DNA of 64,000 bases from the human T2T-CHM13v2.0 reference genome, Homo sapiens (GCF_009914755.1 NC_060935.1), one strand, 5' to 3'; shown: positions 42,949-56,182, counted from the stretch's first letter. Made by a program: numbers and translations. Notes: generated from the letters alone by a model not told the origin.

Positions 42949-44399
42949 TTTGGCTAGGGCTTGTGAGCTTACCAAACTGTGACTGAGATAAGTGTGCAGT
43001 GTGGGAAAGAGTCACGGATGGAAGTGGTAGATAACATAATGGGTGGACCGCGTGTAGACTAAAATAAGTGTCGGATTCTGACTTAAAGCCCGCCACCAGA
43101 TGCAGCTGTACAATTAAAGTACATCAACTCACCTGCCACAGTAAAGCCTGCCACCAGATGCAGCTTAATTACCACTTGCCACTCACTGATAGGGTTTTGA
43201 TATGAGTCTGCAAGCAATTGATTTATTATGGTCTCTTTGCTGTCAAACTTCTCTGCTAATGTTGATCTGTATTTGCAGCCACTCCCAAGCACTAGCATCA
43301 CCGTCTTAGCTCCACCTGAGATCATCAGGCATTAGATTCTCATAAGGAGCATACAACCTAGAGCCCTCGCATGTGCAATTCACAATACGGTTAGTGCACC
43401 TAAGAGAATTTAATGCCATCGCTTATCTGACATGAGGTGGAGCTCAGGCAGTAATGTGAGCAATGGGGAGTGGCTATAAATACAGATGAGGCTTTATTGT
43501 TCACCTGCCACTCACCTCCTACTGTGCAGCCTGGTGTTTTGGCCCAGGGGTTGGGAATCCCTGACTTAACTTATGACTTAACATTTTATCTGCTTTATTC
43601 AAATACCTTGATCACTTTTGGAGAAATTATGTTATATCAGATTATTAGCACTGCTGTGTGGTGTCTCTGCCTTTGGTTTTGAGGCAGTGGTGATGTTATT
43701 CACATACAGTTTTACAAGAATTAGAGATGCTATTTGCTTATGTTGAACTGACATTGTTTCCTTGGTCTCATTTTTCAATCTTGGAAGGAAGGAATCAGTA
43801 AATGGGGTTGTTGCATCCCCATGTCTGGCTGTGAGCCTCACATAGTTCCATACAGTGAGTGTTGATTCTTCTCAAAGTTTCTAAGTGCCACGACTATAAG
43901 TAATTCATGACGGACATCTTTAAAAACATATCATCTATAATAATACTGAGTACTCTCAATAGTGTTCTTGTACAGTGCCTTGAACAGTCATAGTCTCCAC
44001 TCATGTGCTCCATGGAGCTCTCTGTCATGATCACTGGAAAATCAGTTTCCATCTGAAAAGGTATTTTGACAAACACAGAAAACTCAAGCTTTTGAATATT
44101 AAAGGTTTAAAATCTTAAGGGAAAAAAATCATAAGCAGCTATAAAACTCCATCACTTGTTGGAGTGAACCTCAAACTGCTGGCCTAATTCTTAACGAAAC
44201 AGTTTGGTGTGCTCAAAAATTTCACAAACTGTGTCAGAGCAGTTGTCAATAACACAAAGCCACCCAACTCATGGAAAGATGATGGCTTACTTGTTCTAAC
44301 AGGCGACAGCAGAAGGAATTTGAAAGGAAAGTTGTTCATCCTACAAATGCGTGAATATGTAACGAGTCCTGTGGGGGAAAACAGAGGGGAAGTCTGAAA

Positions 44400-44720
44400 C
44401 TCTGTCCTCGAAGAGCTCACAATCAAGGAAGAAGGAGACCTACAAACAAGTACGTACTAAAATTTATTAAGTAAACTCACAGATAAAGGGAGGATGGTAA
44501 AACAGCAGCAAACAGACACACACACGCACACCAAGAAATTAACTGTGTTTGTGTGTATTGGAGGAAGACCTTCAGGGAAGACTTTCAGTAGAACTTGTGC
44601 TTTACTTTGGATTTGAAGGGAAGACAAGAGTATAATATTAAATAAATAAGGCAAAAAGATTTAGATCAGAAGATACATTATGTGAAAAGGCTCAAAAACA
44701 TGGAAAACCTTGGAATGTTA
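44400..44720 (-). mobile_element. L2 fragment
   Basis: CTGTCCTCGAAGAGCTCACAATC and TCAGGGAAGACTT...TGGATTTGAAGG. Confidence 0.55.
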
Positions 44721-44721
44721 T

Positions 44722-45258
44722 TGTTGATTGTATTTTCCAAAGACAGCCACCTGAATATTTCCTATCCCACAAGTTCTTATGATGTGGCATTGCCACTCTG
44801 CTTGTTGAGAGTTGGGGTCTGTGTCATCTCTCTTTGCAACTGGACAAGTCTGTAACTATGGAGAAAGGTATGTTACATGATTTTTGAGGCTAGGTCCTAA
44901 CAGGCAACATGGCTTCTGTCTGGATCTCTTCGGACGCTCACATTTGAAACCAGCTGCCATGCTGTGAGAAAACCAGGCAGGCATGAGTAGGTGTAACTGC
45001 CAAAAGGTCTGCTGGAAGTACTAGAGCCGCCTGCCAGACCTGAGAGGGGGGAAGACTTTGAGGCGACTTCAGCTCCAGAAAATATCAGAGCTGATATATT
45101 CCGTGTAAGTACCAATAAGCTGAGTCCAGTCAAACACCAGAAACTAGGATTCAATTTCACAGAAATTAGGATTTAATTAATCCCCCCGGTAAATAATAAA
45201 ATGATTGCTATTGCATTAAGTCACTAAACTCTGAGGTGATTCAATAGCTAACTGAACA
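44722..45258 (+). mobile_element. MaLR LTR (MLT1G/H-like)
   Basis: TTTTCCAAAGACAGCCAC...TGAGGCTAGGTC...CAGCTGCCATGCTGTGAG...AATAGCTAACTGAACA. Confidence 0.75.
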
Positions 45259-45276
45259 GATATTTTTGACTCTTGT

Positions 45277-45374
45277 AGGAGTTTGACTTTTTATACCAAG
45301 GGTTTTATGCCATGGTTCCCTTTGGAGGAGTTTGACTTTTTATACCAAGGGTTTTATGCCATGGTTCCCTTTGG
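45277..45374. repeat. Perfect 49-bp tandem duplication
   Basis: AGGAGTTTGACTTTTTATACCAAGGGTTTTATGCCATGGTTCCCTTTGG occurs twice. Confidence 0.97.
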
Positions 45375-45735
45375 AAATCTGGTGACTCCTACGAACCCCT
45401 CCACAGAATAAGATTTTTAAATGAAAAAAAAAAAAAAAAACTACACAGAATTACAGAGGAAATGAATTATATTGCTATAGTATTATCAACATATCAAATT
45501 ATTCTTGATATAAGAATATATGTATATCTTTACTAATGCATCAAATAGCATCTAGTAATAATTCTAATACCTAATAATTTCAAAGGAGTGTTAAGTGCAA
45601 ATAATATATTCCAGTATCTGAGACAACTCTAATGTTATAGGTAAAGTATTTTTTTGATAAAGCTACTGGGCTTCCCTGCCTACATTTACAATTCACAAAA
45701 ATGATAATTTCACTTAGACATGAGTGCAAATAAAA

Positions 45736-45768
<33 letters not shown>

Positions 45769-45815
45769 GTATACACATATATTTTTCTTTTTCAAATCAA
45801 GGAGCCCTGAATTCT
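45345..45815 (+). mobile_element. MER119-like hAT-Charlie element
   Basis: TGCCATGGTTCCCTTTGGAAATCTGGTGA...CCCCTCCACAGAATAAGATTTTTAAATG. Confidence 0.65.
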
Positions 45816-46859
45816 ACCACATGTTGTAAGGAAAAGAATAGGAAGTAAGGCAGTGGAAGGTCCTTGCCCAAGGGCCAGAGAATAAGCAACATTCTTGCTT
45901 ATTGCATTATGAGAGTCTGAATTCATGAAATTATTTCAGTTACATAGATTAAAAAAAATTGTGCCCTTCTCCTGAGTCTCAGTCTTCCTATTTGTAAATA
46001 ATACTGTCACCTCTTGATACAAATAATATTACTCAGTAAATATTATGGCATATGGTTTGGGGGAACTAAAAATAAATTTCCCCATCTCAGTGCTTTATAA
46101 TCTTTACAAGGTTTTTAGAAATGTGAGGAGGGACTGTTTTCTCTCCAATTTTATAATCTTACTAAATTCAGTCCAACAGCATACATTTTTTGTTGATTAT
46201 TGTGTATCCTACATAAATAAAATCTAGGACACATGTCTTACTCATTTCTGAGGCCATTAGCAACTCATACACAAACACTTTTTTCTTTGCAAGTTACTTA
46301 AGGGTAAGATATATTGGGTTTGTGTGTTTTGCGTCAAAGCAATAAAAACAAATCAGATTGTCACATGGTCTTCCCTCCCAAGAATAAAAGTAGGTGTGGG
46401 GTTATTTACTGTTCCTGTGATTTATATTATTGAGGCCATTTTCAGTCTCAACAGTTTATTCTCATTTTGTGTGACCTTTATATAATTACTTTCATATTTG
46501 AGGATTATTTAGTGTTCATTTTTAATGGCAGTTGTAGTTTTTTTCTTTTTTTTTTTACTGGACAGAAATATTGGGAACACAACAATCTCACAATATTACT
46601 TTGTATTCTAGATGTAAAATTTTAATCACCTCTGTGAAATTTTGTCAAGATTCCTAGTAAAATATCTCAATCTAATGAAGACTTTCTCATGACAAAATAT
46701 CTCTATCCAAATTATATATTTTAATAAACTTGTGACTTGGAACCAAAACTCAAATCTTATTGAACATGAGCAAGGCAGGTACTCTTCTATTAAACAGAAA
46801 TTAGGATTCAAGAATCCCCTGCTTCCAGTCTTACTTCTTCCATTTTTGCTTCATACTAG

Positions 46860-47080
46860 AAGTCAGCAGGTTTTTTTTCTTATAAACACCCAGATAGTAA
46901 ATATTTTCATCTTTGCAGACTATGATTGATCTCTATCACAACCACTCAGCTGTGCCATCGAGGCATGAAAGCAGCCATCGATTATAAATGAGTATTGGGA
47001 ATGGCTGCTTTCCAATAAAATTTTGTTTATAAAAACTGACCATAAACTAGAATGACTAGCAGGCCTAAGCTTGCTGCTCT
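46860..47080 (+). mobile_element. MER58A-like MITE
   Basis: CCAGATAGTAAATATTTT...GAAAGCAGCCAT...TTCCAATAAAATTTTGTTTATAAAAAC. Confidence 0.8.
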
Positions 47081-47289
47081 ACACAACCCCACAAGTGATC
47101 ATCTGGAAACAACAATTTGCTCATGTTATTTCTAGCTTAATCTTTTAATAGTTCCCTATGGATACAGTGATCAAATACTGTATTACCGAAACTTCGACAC
47201 TCTTGAGAATAAAAAAAAGGTGTGCTATTAATCATTATGCCAAGTTGACAAGTGTAAATTAGGGCAGTTCCTGGCAAACTGCAACATAT

Positions 47290-47620
47290 GGTCACACTAC
47301 CTACGGCCTGTGGGATAAGGTCCAAATACATTAGGCTAGAATTCAGACTTTACATTTTGGCATTGCTCTTTCTTTCCAGCCTTATGTCCCAATATATATT
47401 CCACCTTCCTGCTCATTTCTGCATCTTTCTACATACTATTCCTTCACTTCTTGGAACTTCCATTTTTTTCTTTCTCTGCCTAGTGATGTCCTACTTATCT
47501 AAGGCTCCAGATGCCATCTTTCCAATGAAGTACATCCTGTTACCCCAAACTCTGTCCTCCTTTAAAATGTAACATTTATTGCTATTTTAGGACTTAACAC
47601 AGTACACTGTAATTATTTAC
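47290..47620 (+). mobile_element. L2 fragment
   Basis: GGATAAGGTCCAAAT...TTTCCAGCCTTAT...TCCTACTTATC. Confidence 0.5.
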
Positions 47621-48782
47621 TGCCCATACTGACCTTCATTTTCTTCTCCTCCTCTTCCTTTCTCTTTTTCTTGAAATAAAATGGAGTTGGAGTGAGAGTC
47701 AGGGCTACTGCTTTTTATTTTCCTCTAAATTCTTGGCCTAGAATCTAGCAAGCATGCACTGTCTAATGCACATAAACTTCTAAATAAACACTCTTTTGGT
47801 TGCATTTTATAGAAATCAACTAAAATTTGCTTCAAAATGGGGTTTATTATATTAGAGGTATTTTCTTATTTGTGAACCATGAATGGTCTGAGGTATGGGG
47901 ACCAAGTTTAAAAGGCTTTGGAACTAAAAGGCTACTTTTCGCATCTCCGTCTCAGTGTACATATCATCCTGGCCTCTTTTGGGATAACTTCTATTCCCAT
48001 GTCCTGTCATTAACTGTCTTTCCTTTGCCTTCCACACTAAAGATAACCAGGCTTACTTTTTTTATTTTATCATCTTCCAATCCAGCTACTTAAAAGAGGT
48101 TAACAAGAGTCCCTGAGATGCAACTCTAAATTTTCAAAAAAGAAATGCAACTTTCCAGTCTTGAGTCAATGCCTGCCCCCCTATAGTCAACTGTGACTGG
48201 ATAGGGCAGTATTTTCTAGGAAAACATGGCTTCAGTGACTTACTCCTAAAGTGACTGGTCAGAGTCATACTGAGAAAAAAAAGGGGATATAAACTGAACT
48301 CACATTCGAAAAGATTTCTATCAGCAGATAGCTAAATTTTTAAATAATCAGAAATAAAATTAATATAAATGCTTTAATATAGGAGGAATCTTAATTCATG
48401 GGTGCAATTGCCATTCAAACACCAAATCAGTTCATCAACTCAAATAAACTCTCACCAATGAATGAAGACAACTTATTCTGAGTTATGAGTATATCAACAT
48501 ATATATTGCATAATTAAACATATATAATTAAATATATAAGCATTTAGAGCTTTATAAGTCATGCTTTTTTTCTTTCTTCCTTTAAAAATGCTACTTCAGG
48601 GAAAATGTCATTTTTCTAATAAGAAATTATGCCAAAACATGTTATAAACATGGAATTATTAACTGCTGAGGATCTCTATAGAAATGACTTTCTGTTATTC
48701 AAAATGACGGATTTAAAAAACTTACAAGTTTGTTTCCAAAATAATGAAACTGATATCTATGTGTGAACCATAAGCTAGTTTT

Positions 48783-49442
48783 TTTTTTTTTTTAATTTTA
48801 CTTTAAGTTCTGGGATACATGTGCTGAATGTGCAGATTTGTTACATAGGTATACATATGCTATGGTGGTTTGCTGCACCTATCAACCCATCATCTAGGTT
48901 TTAAGCCCCGCATGCATTATCTTATTTGTCCTAATGCTCTCCCTCTCCTTTCCCCCTACCCCGTGACAGGCCCTGGTGTGTGATGTTCCCTTTCCTGTGT
49001 CCATGTGTTCTTATTGTTCAACTCCCACTTATGAGTGAGAACATACAATTTTGGTTTTCTGTTCTTGTATTAGTTTGCCCAGGATGATGCTTTACAGCTT
49101 CGTCCATTACCCTGCAAAAGACATGATCTCATCCTTTTTTATGGACGCATAGTATTCCATGGTGTATATGTGCTACATTTTCTTTATCCAGTCTATCATT
49201 GATGGGCATTTGGGTTGGTTCCAAGTCTTTGCTATTGTAAATAGTGCTGCAATAAACATATGTGTGCATGTTTATTTGTAGTAGAATAATTTATAATCCT
49301 TTGGGTATATACCTAGTAATGAGATTGTTGGGTCAAATGTTATTTCTGGTTCTAGATCCTTGAGGAATCACCACACTGTCTTCCACAATGATTAAACGAA
49401 TTTACACTCCCACCAACAGTGTAAAAGCATTGATGCAGAGAA
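48783..49442 (-). mobile_element. 5'-truncated L1PA8-like insertion with terminal micro-inversion
   Basis: Antisense 3' UTR with CATCTAGGTTTTAAGCCCCGCATGCATTA. TSD ATAAGCT(A/G)GTTTT at 48770-48782 and 49443-49455. Confidence 0.92.
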
Positions 49443-49724
49443 ATAAGCTGGTTTTATAGAAGGAACTGTTCTAAAGCTGAAGCAGTAGGGAATGTGTTAG
49501 AAATAGTTATTACTATACAGTTATTTCTATATCACTGGACATGTCAATTTCTGAAAGGCATTTGTAATTCTGGTTTTAGGTCAAATTTGATAATGATACT
49601 ATAGACTAGATGTGTAAATGTATACAATACTTCGCAATTTTTATTTTCCTAAAAAAAGTGTAGATATTGGTAGAGTTGCTTCTGAATCTTTTACTTAAAA
49701 AAAGTTACCTTTAAAATCTATCCC

Positions 49725-50011
49725 ATGGAACTGGAGGCCATTATCTGAAGTAAAACAATGGAGAAACAGAAAGTGAAATACTTCATGTCCTCATTTACAA
49801 GTGGGAGCTAAACAATGTGTACACATGGACACAAGAGTGGAATAATAGACACTGGAACTTCAAAAAGGTGGGGGGTGAGAAAGGAGTGAGGGATGAAAAA
49901 TTATCGACTGGGAACAATGTACACTATTTGGGTTCTGGTTACACTAAAAGCCCAAACTTCATCATTATGCATTGTATCCTTGTTAACAAAAATGCACTTG
50001 TACCCCCTATA
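49725..50011 (+). mobile_element. L1PB-type 3' UTR fragment (L1PB4-like)
   Basis: ATGGAACTGGAGGCCATTATC...GGTTACACTAAAAGCCCAAACTTCA...GCACTTGTACCCCCT. Confidence 0.8.
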
Positions 50012-51290
50012 CAAACTGTTTGTATTTAGGCTTACTTTTATATCACAAATAAATTTATTGCTAGTCATTCCAAATACATAAATAAACTTTTTAGTAGTGA
50101 ATAAATTAATTGTTAAATTTAAAGTTATTGCTTAGCACTTATTTAGCTAAAATATGGACACTGTATTTTTTATAATTACTTAAGTCCTCTTTTTTAGAGA
50201 AAGCAGATCTGAGGTCGATAAGGAGCAAGATCTAAGTTGCAAGATGTGAGTGGTATTGTTACACAGACACCAGGCCACACCCACTGTATTAGGCAGCAGC
50301 TGTGTTCCCATTATCCATAGCCATCCATAGCATCAAAGGTCAAGGACCCTGTGGCTTATGTTGAGACATGTTTAAAAGATAGTTCATCCATTTTCATCCT
50401 CTGCTATATAAGCTCTGTAATGATTTGAGAGCTACATTTAAACTCCAAATGGAATGGTAAACAGCCTCACAGTAAAATAGGCAGTATCATCAACAAACTC
50501 TCTAGATTTCCTGCTATAATTTAGAGACACAGGTATCGTACTGAAAATAAAAATATCAAAAATGCTGTAAGGTAGATTTTTGGAGTACATACACTCACCA
50601 AAAGTGAATCATTCTAAAAGAATGCATCTATTTAGTCAGAGTACTTATCATTCAACAACATATCCATTCACCAAATGTATTTTGGCCTCTACCCTGTACC
50701 AGGTGCCATGTTAAATACTTATTAAAGGCATTATTGATTTTCCATCAACCTGAAATTCCCTAAGGGCCTCAATGCTCTAAGGATCCCCTTATATTTTGGA
50801 TGGCTGTAGAATGCAGAATGCATGGGGCTAGGAGCAAGCAGACAGGCCTCTCCCATCCCCATTACTGAAGAATTAATAGTGTCTGAAATATAAAATGTGC
50901 TGCCCAAGAATGTAGGCAGAAAATGAGAGAAATTGTCAGTGGCACCTTGCTCCTTTTGTAAACTTGGATATTATCTCCATTGGCATAGTAATTAATAAAG
51001 CAACAATAAATAATACACTTATATTTATTTATCTAAATTCTATCAATTATTTAGTTATTAAATGAGTCAAATATTGATTTTACTTGATTTGGAATCCTAA
51101 ATTACTGCCAAAAATTTCAGTGGTGTGATTCATGTTCCAAATTTCTCTTAGCCCTAGAAAAACCCAGTTAAGTAGCTTTGGCTAAAATAACCTGAATATC
51201 TACTTCTCAACTGGAGAAATAGCCAGTAGGAGTTATTTTCAATTCAATGCAATAGAAGTGCTACTGTAGTCCAAAGTCTGGTTTCAAATG

Positions 51291-51293
<3 letters not shown>

Positions 51294-51339
<46 letters not shown>

Positions 51340-51340
51340 C
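51294..51340. repeat. (CA)n microsatellite
   Basis: Directly visible. Confidence 0.97.
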
Positions 51341-51761
51341 TCTCACAAACCTCACACCTGCCATTTTAATAACCCAATAGAAACCCTTTTGTCCTAGAAA
51401 AGGTAATTCTCAAAGCAATAGAGTAGAAACAAAAGGGAGTTCTCTCTTTTTTTTTTAATTAAGGAGTTTATCCTCAACTGATGAATTTTAAAATGTGTCC
51501 TGCTTTAAATTAATTCCTGAAGTTATGCAACATCTTTTATTATTCAATTTTCTGTCAGTAGAAATGACTCTTTAAATACAGAAACTTCTAAAAGTTAGAA
51601 AAAAAGTCAAGATATTCAAGCACTATAAACTCTATACTAAATGAAGAAATGATAAACTGTAACAAAAGTCTACATAAATTAGCCTTGTTTGCTCATGCAC
51701 TTTAGTATCCCTCTCTCCACTGACCCTCCCCTTCAAAGTACAAATATACAATCAATACACA

Positions 51762-51882
51762 AGCAAATATGTTTATATATGTGTGTGTGTGTGTGTGTAT
51801 ATACACACAGCAAATATTTATATATATACGTGTATGTATATATACACGTGTGTGTATATATACATATATATATATATACGTG

Positions 51883-51914
<32 letters not shown>

Positions 51915-51940
51915 TACGAGCAAATATATATATACATATA
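51762..51940. repeat. Compound (TG)n/(TA)n/(CA)n alternating purine-pyrimidine tract
   Basis: Directly visible. AGCAAATAT recurs three times. Confidence 0.9.
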
Positions 51941-51999
51941 GAAAGTAGCCAGGGTACCAAGTCTTTACTTAGAATACTAGCAATCAAAAGGGGAAGATA

Positions 52000-52390
52000 T
52001 TAAGAAGCCATTCTTCATGACTATTTGAACTGACTTTCTAGGTCATCAAAGGAACTATTTGATGAGAAAACCTCCTTTACAAAAGTCTTCCAGCTAATAC
52101 ACATAAAAAAAAAGATTTTGAAAAATCATTATTTTTCAAGCCATAATGAGACAATTGGTATAGACAATGATCATCAGTGGATTCTAGAACCATTAGGAAA
52201 TATGGAAATATTAGTCTCTGTTCATTCCATTGAACAAACTTAGCATCATTTAAAATAGGATGACTAGATGCACTTCTTCGTATGCTGAAATAGTAATGAC
52301 ACAGCACCATCTATAAAATATTTTTGCTGAGCTGTTGAACCTGAATATTATCAAGTCATTAGGTCTAAATTCCAGTTTATGGGAAATACT
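52000..52390 (+). mobile_element. L1ME-type 3' fragment
   Basis: CAATGATCATCAGTGGATTCTAGAACCATTAGG and TTGAACCTGAATATTATCAAG...CCAGTTTATGGGAAATA. Confidence 0.6.
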
Positions 52391-53894
52391 AAGTATTTGA
52401 GGTACAGAGCAAAGACTTTGCTGACCCACTTTGAACTTGTGGAAGAGAAAATAAACTTAGTTTTGTTAAAAACACATTGGAGTTGGTTGTTACCCATAGC
52501 ATAGCCAGCTTAGATTGACGAATACATTGCCAAGGTTCTAGAGTTTGGTACTAGTTTGGAAGAGAAATTAAAAGGTAGGTCTATGATCTCTCCAGGGTAT
52601 GTTTTAACATAACATATTTTCTAGATGCAAAGCATTGTCTGTGTACATGCTAAGTCTGAATTACCAGTGGCATCTTTGCCAATTCTCTAGAATATTAATG
52701 ATGTTGTAAATATTTTTATAGCTTTGTTTGCATTCTATATCCTTGTGGCTCTTTATTAAGGTACTGCCTAGAAAATTAATTAACATTATAATGGAAATCA
52801 TTTGTTATACTTAATTTCCCATGCCTCTCCTTCATTATAAGTTTTTCTTCAAACATGTAAAAGTTTGGTTATTATTTTAAAAAAAGATATATAGTCTTAT
52901 AAAGAATTAGTCTTTGGCACTAGTAATCAGAATAAGAGCCTACTTCACTGAGTCTCCATTTGATTTTTAGATCAACATATGTCTCATTTCATTTTAGTTC
53001 CTGTTAGTTAAGTAGCTTAAAACCCTGGTATTTTGTGAAAATTCCAGGGTTCTGAAACATTGTAAGTACATGAGTTCTTGTTCTCCGGAAATAAATGTGA
53101 TCATAAATTTGAGCATTTGTTTTCTCCCATATAGATATAAACATACATGAAATATGTCAATGATAATTTATAATAAAATGTATATTTTAGGTAAAGTTGT
53201 ATGGGCTTTCTTATTTTTGTCTCTTAAAATCTTGTTCATTTGTTTCCAGTAAGTGGAAGGTATATTTTTAAGTATTTAAATTTTATATCTAAAGACAGTA
53301 TTCAATCTATTGCATGTATATGTTCGAAGATTACCCATGAAAATATATTTTTCCACACTTGCGTTTAATATATAATTCAGGCAGAATGTTGAACCAGTTT
53401 TCACCAACTTGGAAGTTGTTCTTTGCTGAAAAATGATTCCCACTTATTTGGAAATGTTGTTCCCTCAAGGAAACTAAGTTGTACATCCAAGACATCAACT
53501 TTCCCATAAAAAGAATTGGAAAGAACTTTTTTATTTCATGGTAATGGAAACCATAGCTAATTTATTCACTGAAATATGGAAATTTCTCTTGATTAACCAA
53601 ATTTCAAACTTTTAGAGCATGATATGGTAACTGTTTATAATGAAATATCTTCTCTTCAAATATGTCCGAGATCTTTGAAGGTTCTCATGTGTACATTTAT
53701 GATTTTAGAGGTAAATGCTTATGAAGTAGCAATGGCCCTGTGCTGCCAATAAAATTTTCACACCAAAATGCTTATCTTCTTTTATTTTTCTCTCCTTAAG
53801 GAATTCTGAACTAAATTAATACATTAAATATCGTTATTTAAGGCAATGAGCCATTATTAATAAAACTACCAAATATTATCTTATATAAAGGGTC

Positions 53895-54365
53895 CTTCCT
53901 TCCTGGAGGGCAATTTGGAAATACCTATGAAAAGCTGTAGAATTTAGTGTACCATATAACCCAGCTATTCCACTGTAGGAACTCATGCTAATAAAATAAT
54001 TTAGAATGTGCCCCAAGATTTTATTAAAAGCATGTTCATTGCAGCATTAAATTTAAATGTTCAAGAAAAGAGTTAGATATGTTCAGGAATATCCATACAC
54101 ATTCTATACAGTCCTTTAAAATATAGCTAGGTTTTGTGAAAGCAAATTTCCTGTCAAGGAAAGATGCTCATAATATACTGTTTAATGTGAATTAAAGATT
54201 GAAAAACAGTAAAACAGTATGCTTCAATTTTTATGAATAGCAAATCTATTTGTTTATATCTGCATGCAAATATACATCTCCAAGAATATACACAAAAATA
54301 TTAACAATTGCTTCCATTGTGGGGAGAGTTTATGTGATTTTTTCTTTTCTCATGTATATTTTGTA
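53895..54365 (+). mobile_element. L1ME-type fragment
   Basis: CTGGAGGGCAATTTGGAAATA...ACCCAGCTATTCCACT...ATGTTCATTGCAGCATT. Confidence 0.7.
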
Positions 54366-54629
54366 TACCATTAACAGGTATTCCTTATTAAAATAAGCAT
54401 AGAACAAAAACAGAGCCATTCTTGATTCAAGAAAATTAAACAAAAACAAAATATTTTTTGAATAAAATTATATGCTATATAACGTGCATTATTTGTAGTT
54501 CCAGTGTATGTGATTAGAAAACCATCCATTATCTCTTTTTGGGTGTTCTGCATTCTGGCATTCATATGTAACCAACTCCAATGTGTTACATATGAATATT
54601 TCAGTAGCAACACTGTGCTATTTTTCTGT

Positions 54630-54830
54630 TTCTGTTTGTGACTTGATATCGTCACATTCTGTTTAAACTTAGATAAGTTACCCAAGTTCTCTGAATCCCA
54701 GAAAACTCGCTTGGTTGCAAAATAGGCATAATAATAAGATCTACTTCATATATATATTATTTTATAGATTAAATGAGAAAATGAATGTAGTGTTTGCACA
54801 TATCCTGGCTTATAGTCAATGTATAATTAA
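54630..54830 (+). mobile_element. MIR fragment
   Basis: CTTAGATAAGTTACCCAAGTTCTCTGAATC...GATTAAATGAGA. Confidence 0.6.
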
Positions 54831-55066
54831 AAACTCTAATACAGCACAGAACATACTACATGTCTCCTCAATTTATGACCAAAAGGAAGTTTAAATAATT
54901 AGATTCTTATTCTACAGACCAGAAACACTTTTTAATCTGTCAGGTGGTCTCCATCATACCTTCCTTGCATCTTCAGATTTCAGGAAAGCCTTAGTCACAT
55001 TTATTAAGATGGAGAATTGACATTTGTGTCATAATGAGATAAGAAAAGGAAAACACATACCCTGCA

Positions 55067-55451
55067 TATCTTTGTCCATTCTGTGTTGCTATAACAGGAT
55101 ATCACGAAGTAGGTAATATATTAAAATAAAAGAAATATATTTCTCACACTTCTGAAGGCTGGGAAGTCCAATATCAAAGTACTGGCACCTGGTCAGGGCT
55201 TTCTTGCTAGTGGAAGGTTGGGAAGAGAGAGACAGAGAGCACTAAAGAGAGAACAAAAGAAGGCTGAATTCCCTTTATGACAAAACTCTGTCATGATTAT
55301 AAACTCACTGCCTCAGTAACAACAGTAATCCACTCATGAGGGCAAAGGCCTCATGACCTAACTACCTTGTAAATTTCCTACCTCTCAATACTGTTGCATT
55401 TAGGATTGTTTCAAATATATAAAATTTTGGAGACGTATTTAAACCATAGCA
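55067..55451 (-). mobile_element. MaLR solo LTR (MSTC/MSTD-like)
   Basis: GTCCATTCTGTGTTGCTATAACA...GGCTGGGAAGTCCAATATCAA...AAACCATAGCA. Flanks CTGCA / CTGCT. Confidence 0.85.
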
Positions 55452-55832
55452 CTGCTGCATACATTATTTGAGCAATTTATCTTACTAACTTGGATCAAAA
55501 TTTTAGAATGGTGTTTGTCATTGGTGAGGAGACCATTGTTCTATGGGAGTAGAATAGCTGAACATGGAGAGAAAATACAGAATGGGATTCCCAACATTTA
55601 CCAAGCTCGTTAAGTAGCACAGATTGCATGCTATGCCCATAATGTATGTTATGACATTAAGTATGTCATAACATACTTAATCCCCAAAATTACCCTGGAA
55701 GTTAAATGTGTCAGTCTCAATTGTTAAAATAAGAGCAACAAGGCTGAAAAAAAAATTGCAAACATATCCAATGTCAAAAAGCTAAGGGGAAGAAAGGAAT
55801 CAGAATTTGAACTGAATTCAAATTTACAGCTA

Positions 55833-56182
<350 letters not shown>

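Larger units (their letters stand above)
40571..43563 (-). mobile_element. Apparently complete Charlie3 (MER1 parent) hAT DNA transposon
   Basis: MER1-type ends CAGCAGTCCCAAACC and GGTTGGGAATCCCTG. 8-bp TSD CCTTAACT / ACTTAACT. ~2.7 kb without the nested Alu. Confidence 0.9.

Noticed and set aside
43085-43165. Direct repeat AAAGCC(C/T)GCCACCAGATGCAGCT
   Set aside because: Lies within the Charlie3 subterminal region and is probably part of the element.
53021-53051. 14-bp imperfect hairpin AACCCTGGTATTTT-GTG-AAAATTCCAGGGTT as a miRNA or terminator
   Set aside because: Too short for a pre-miRNA, and intrinsic terminators are not relevant here. No other support.
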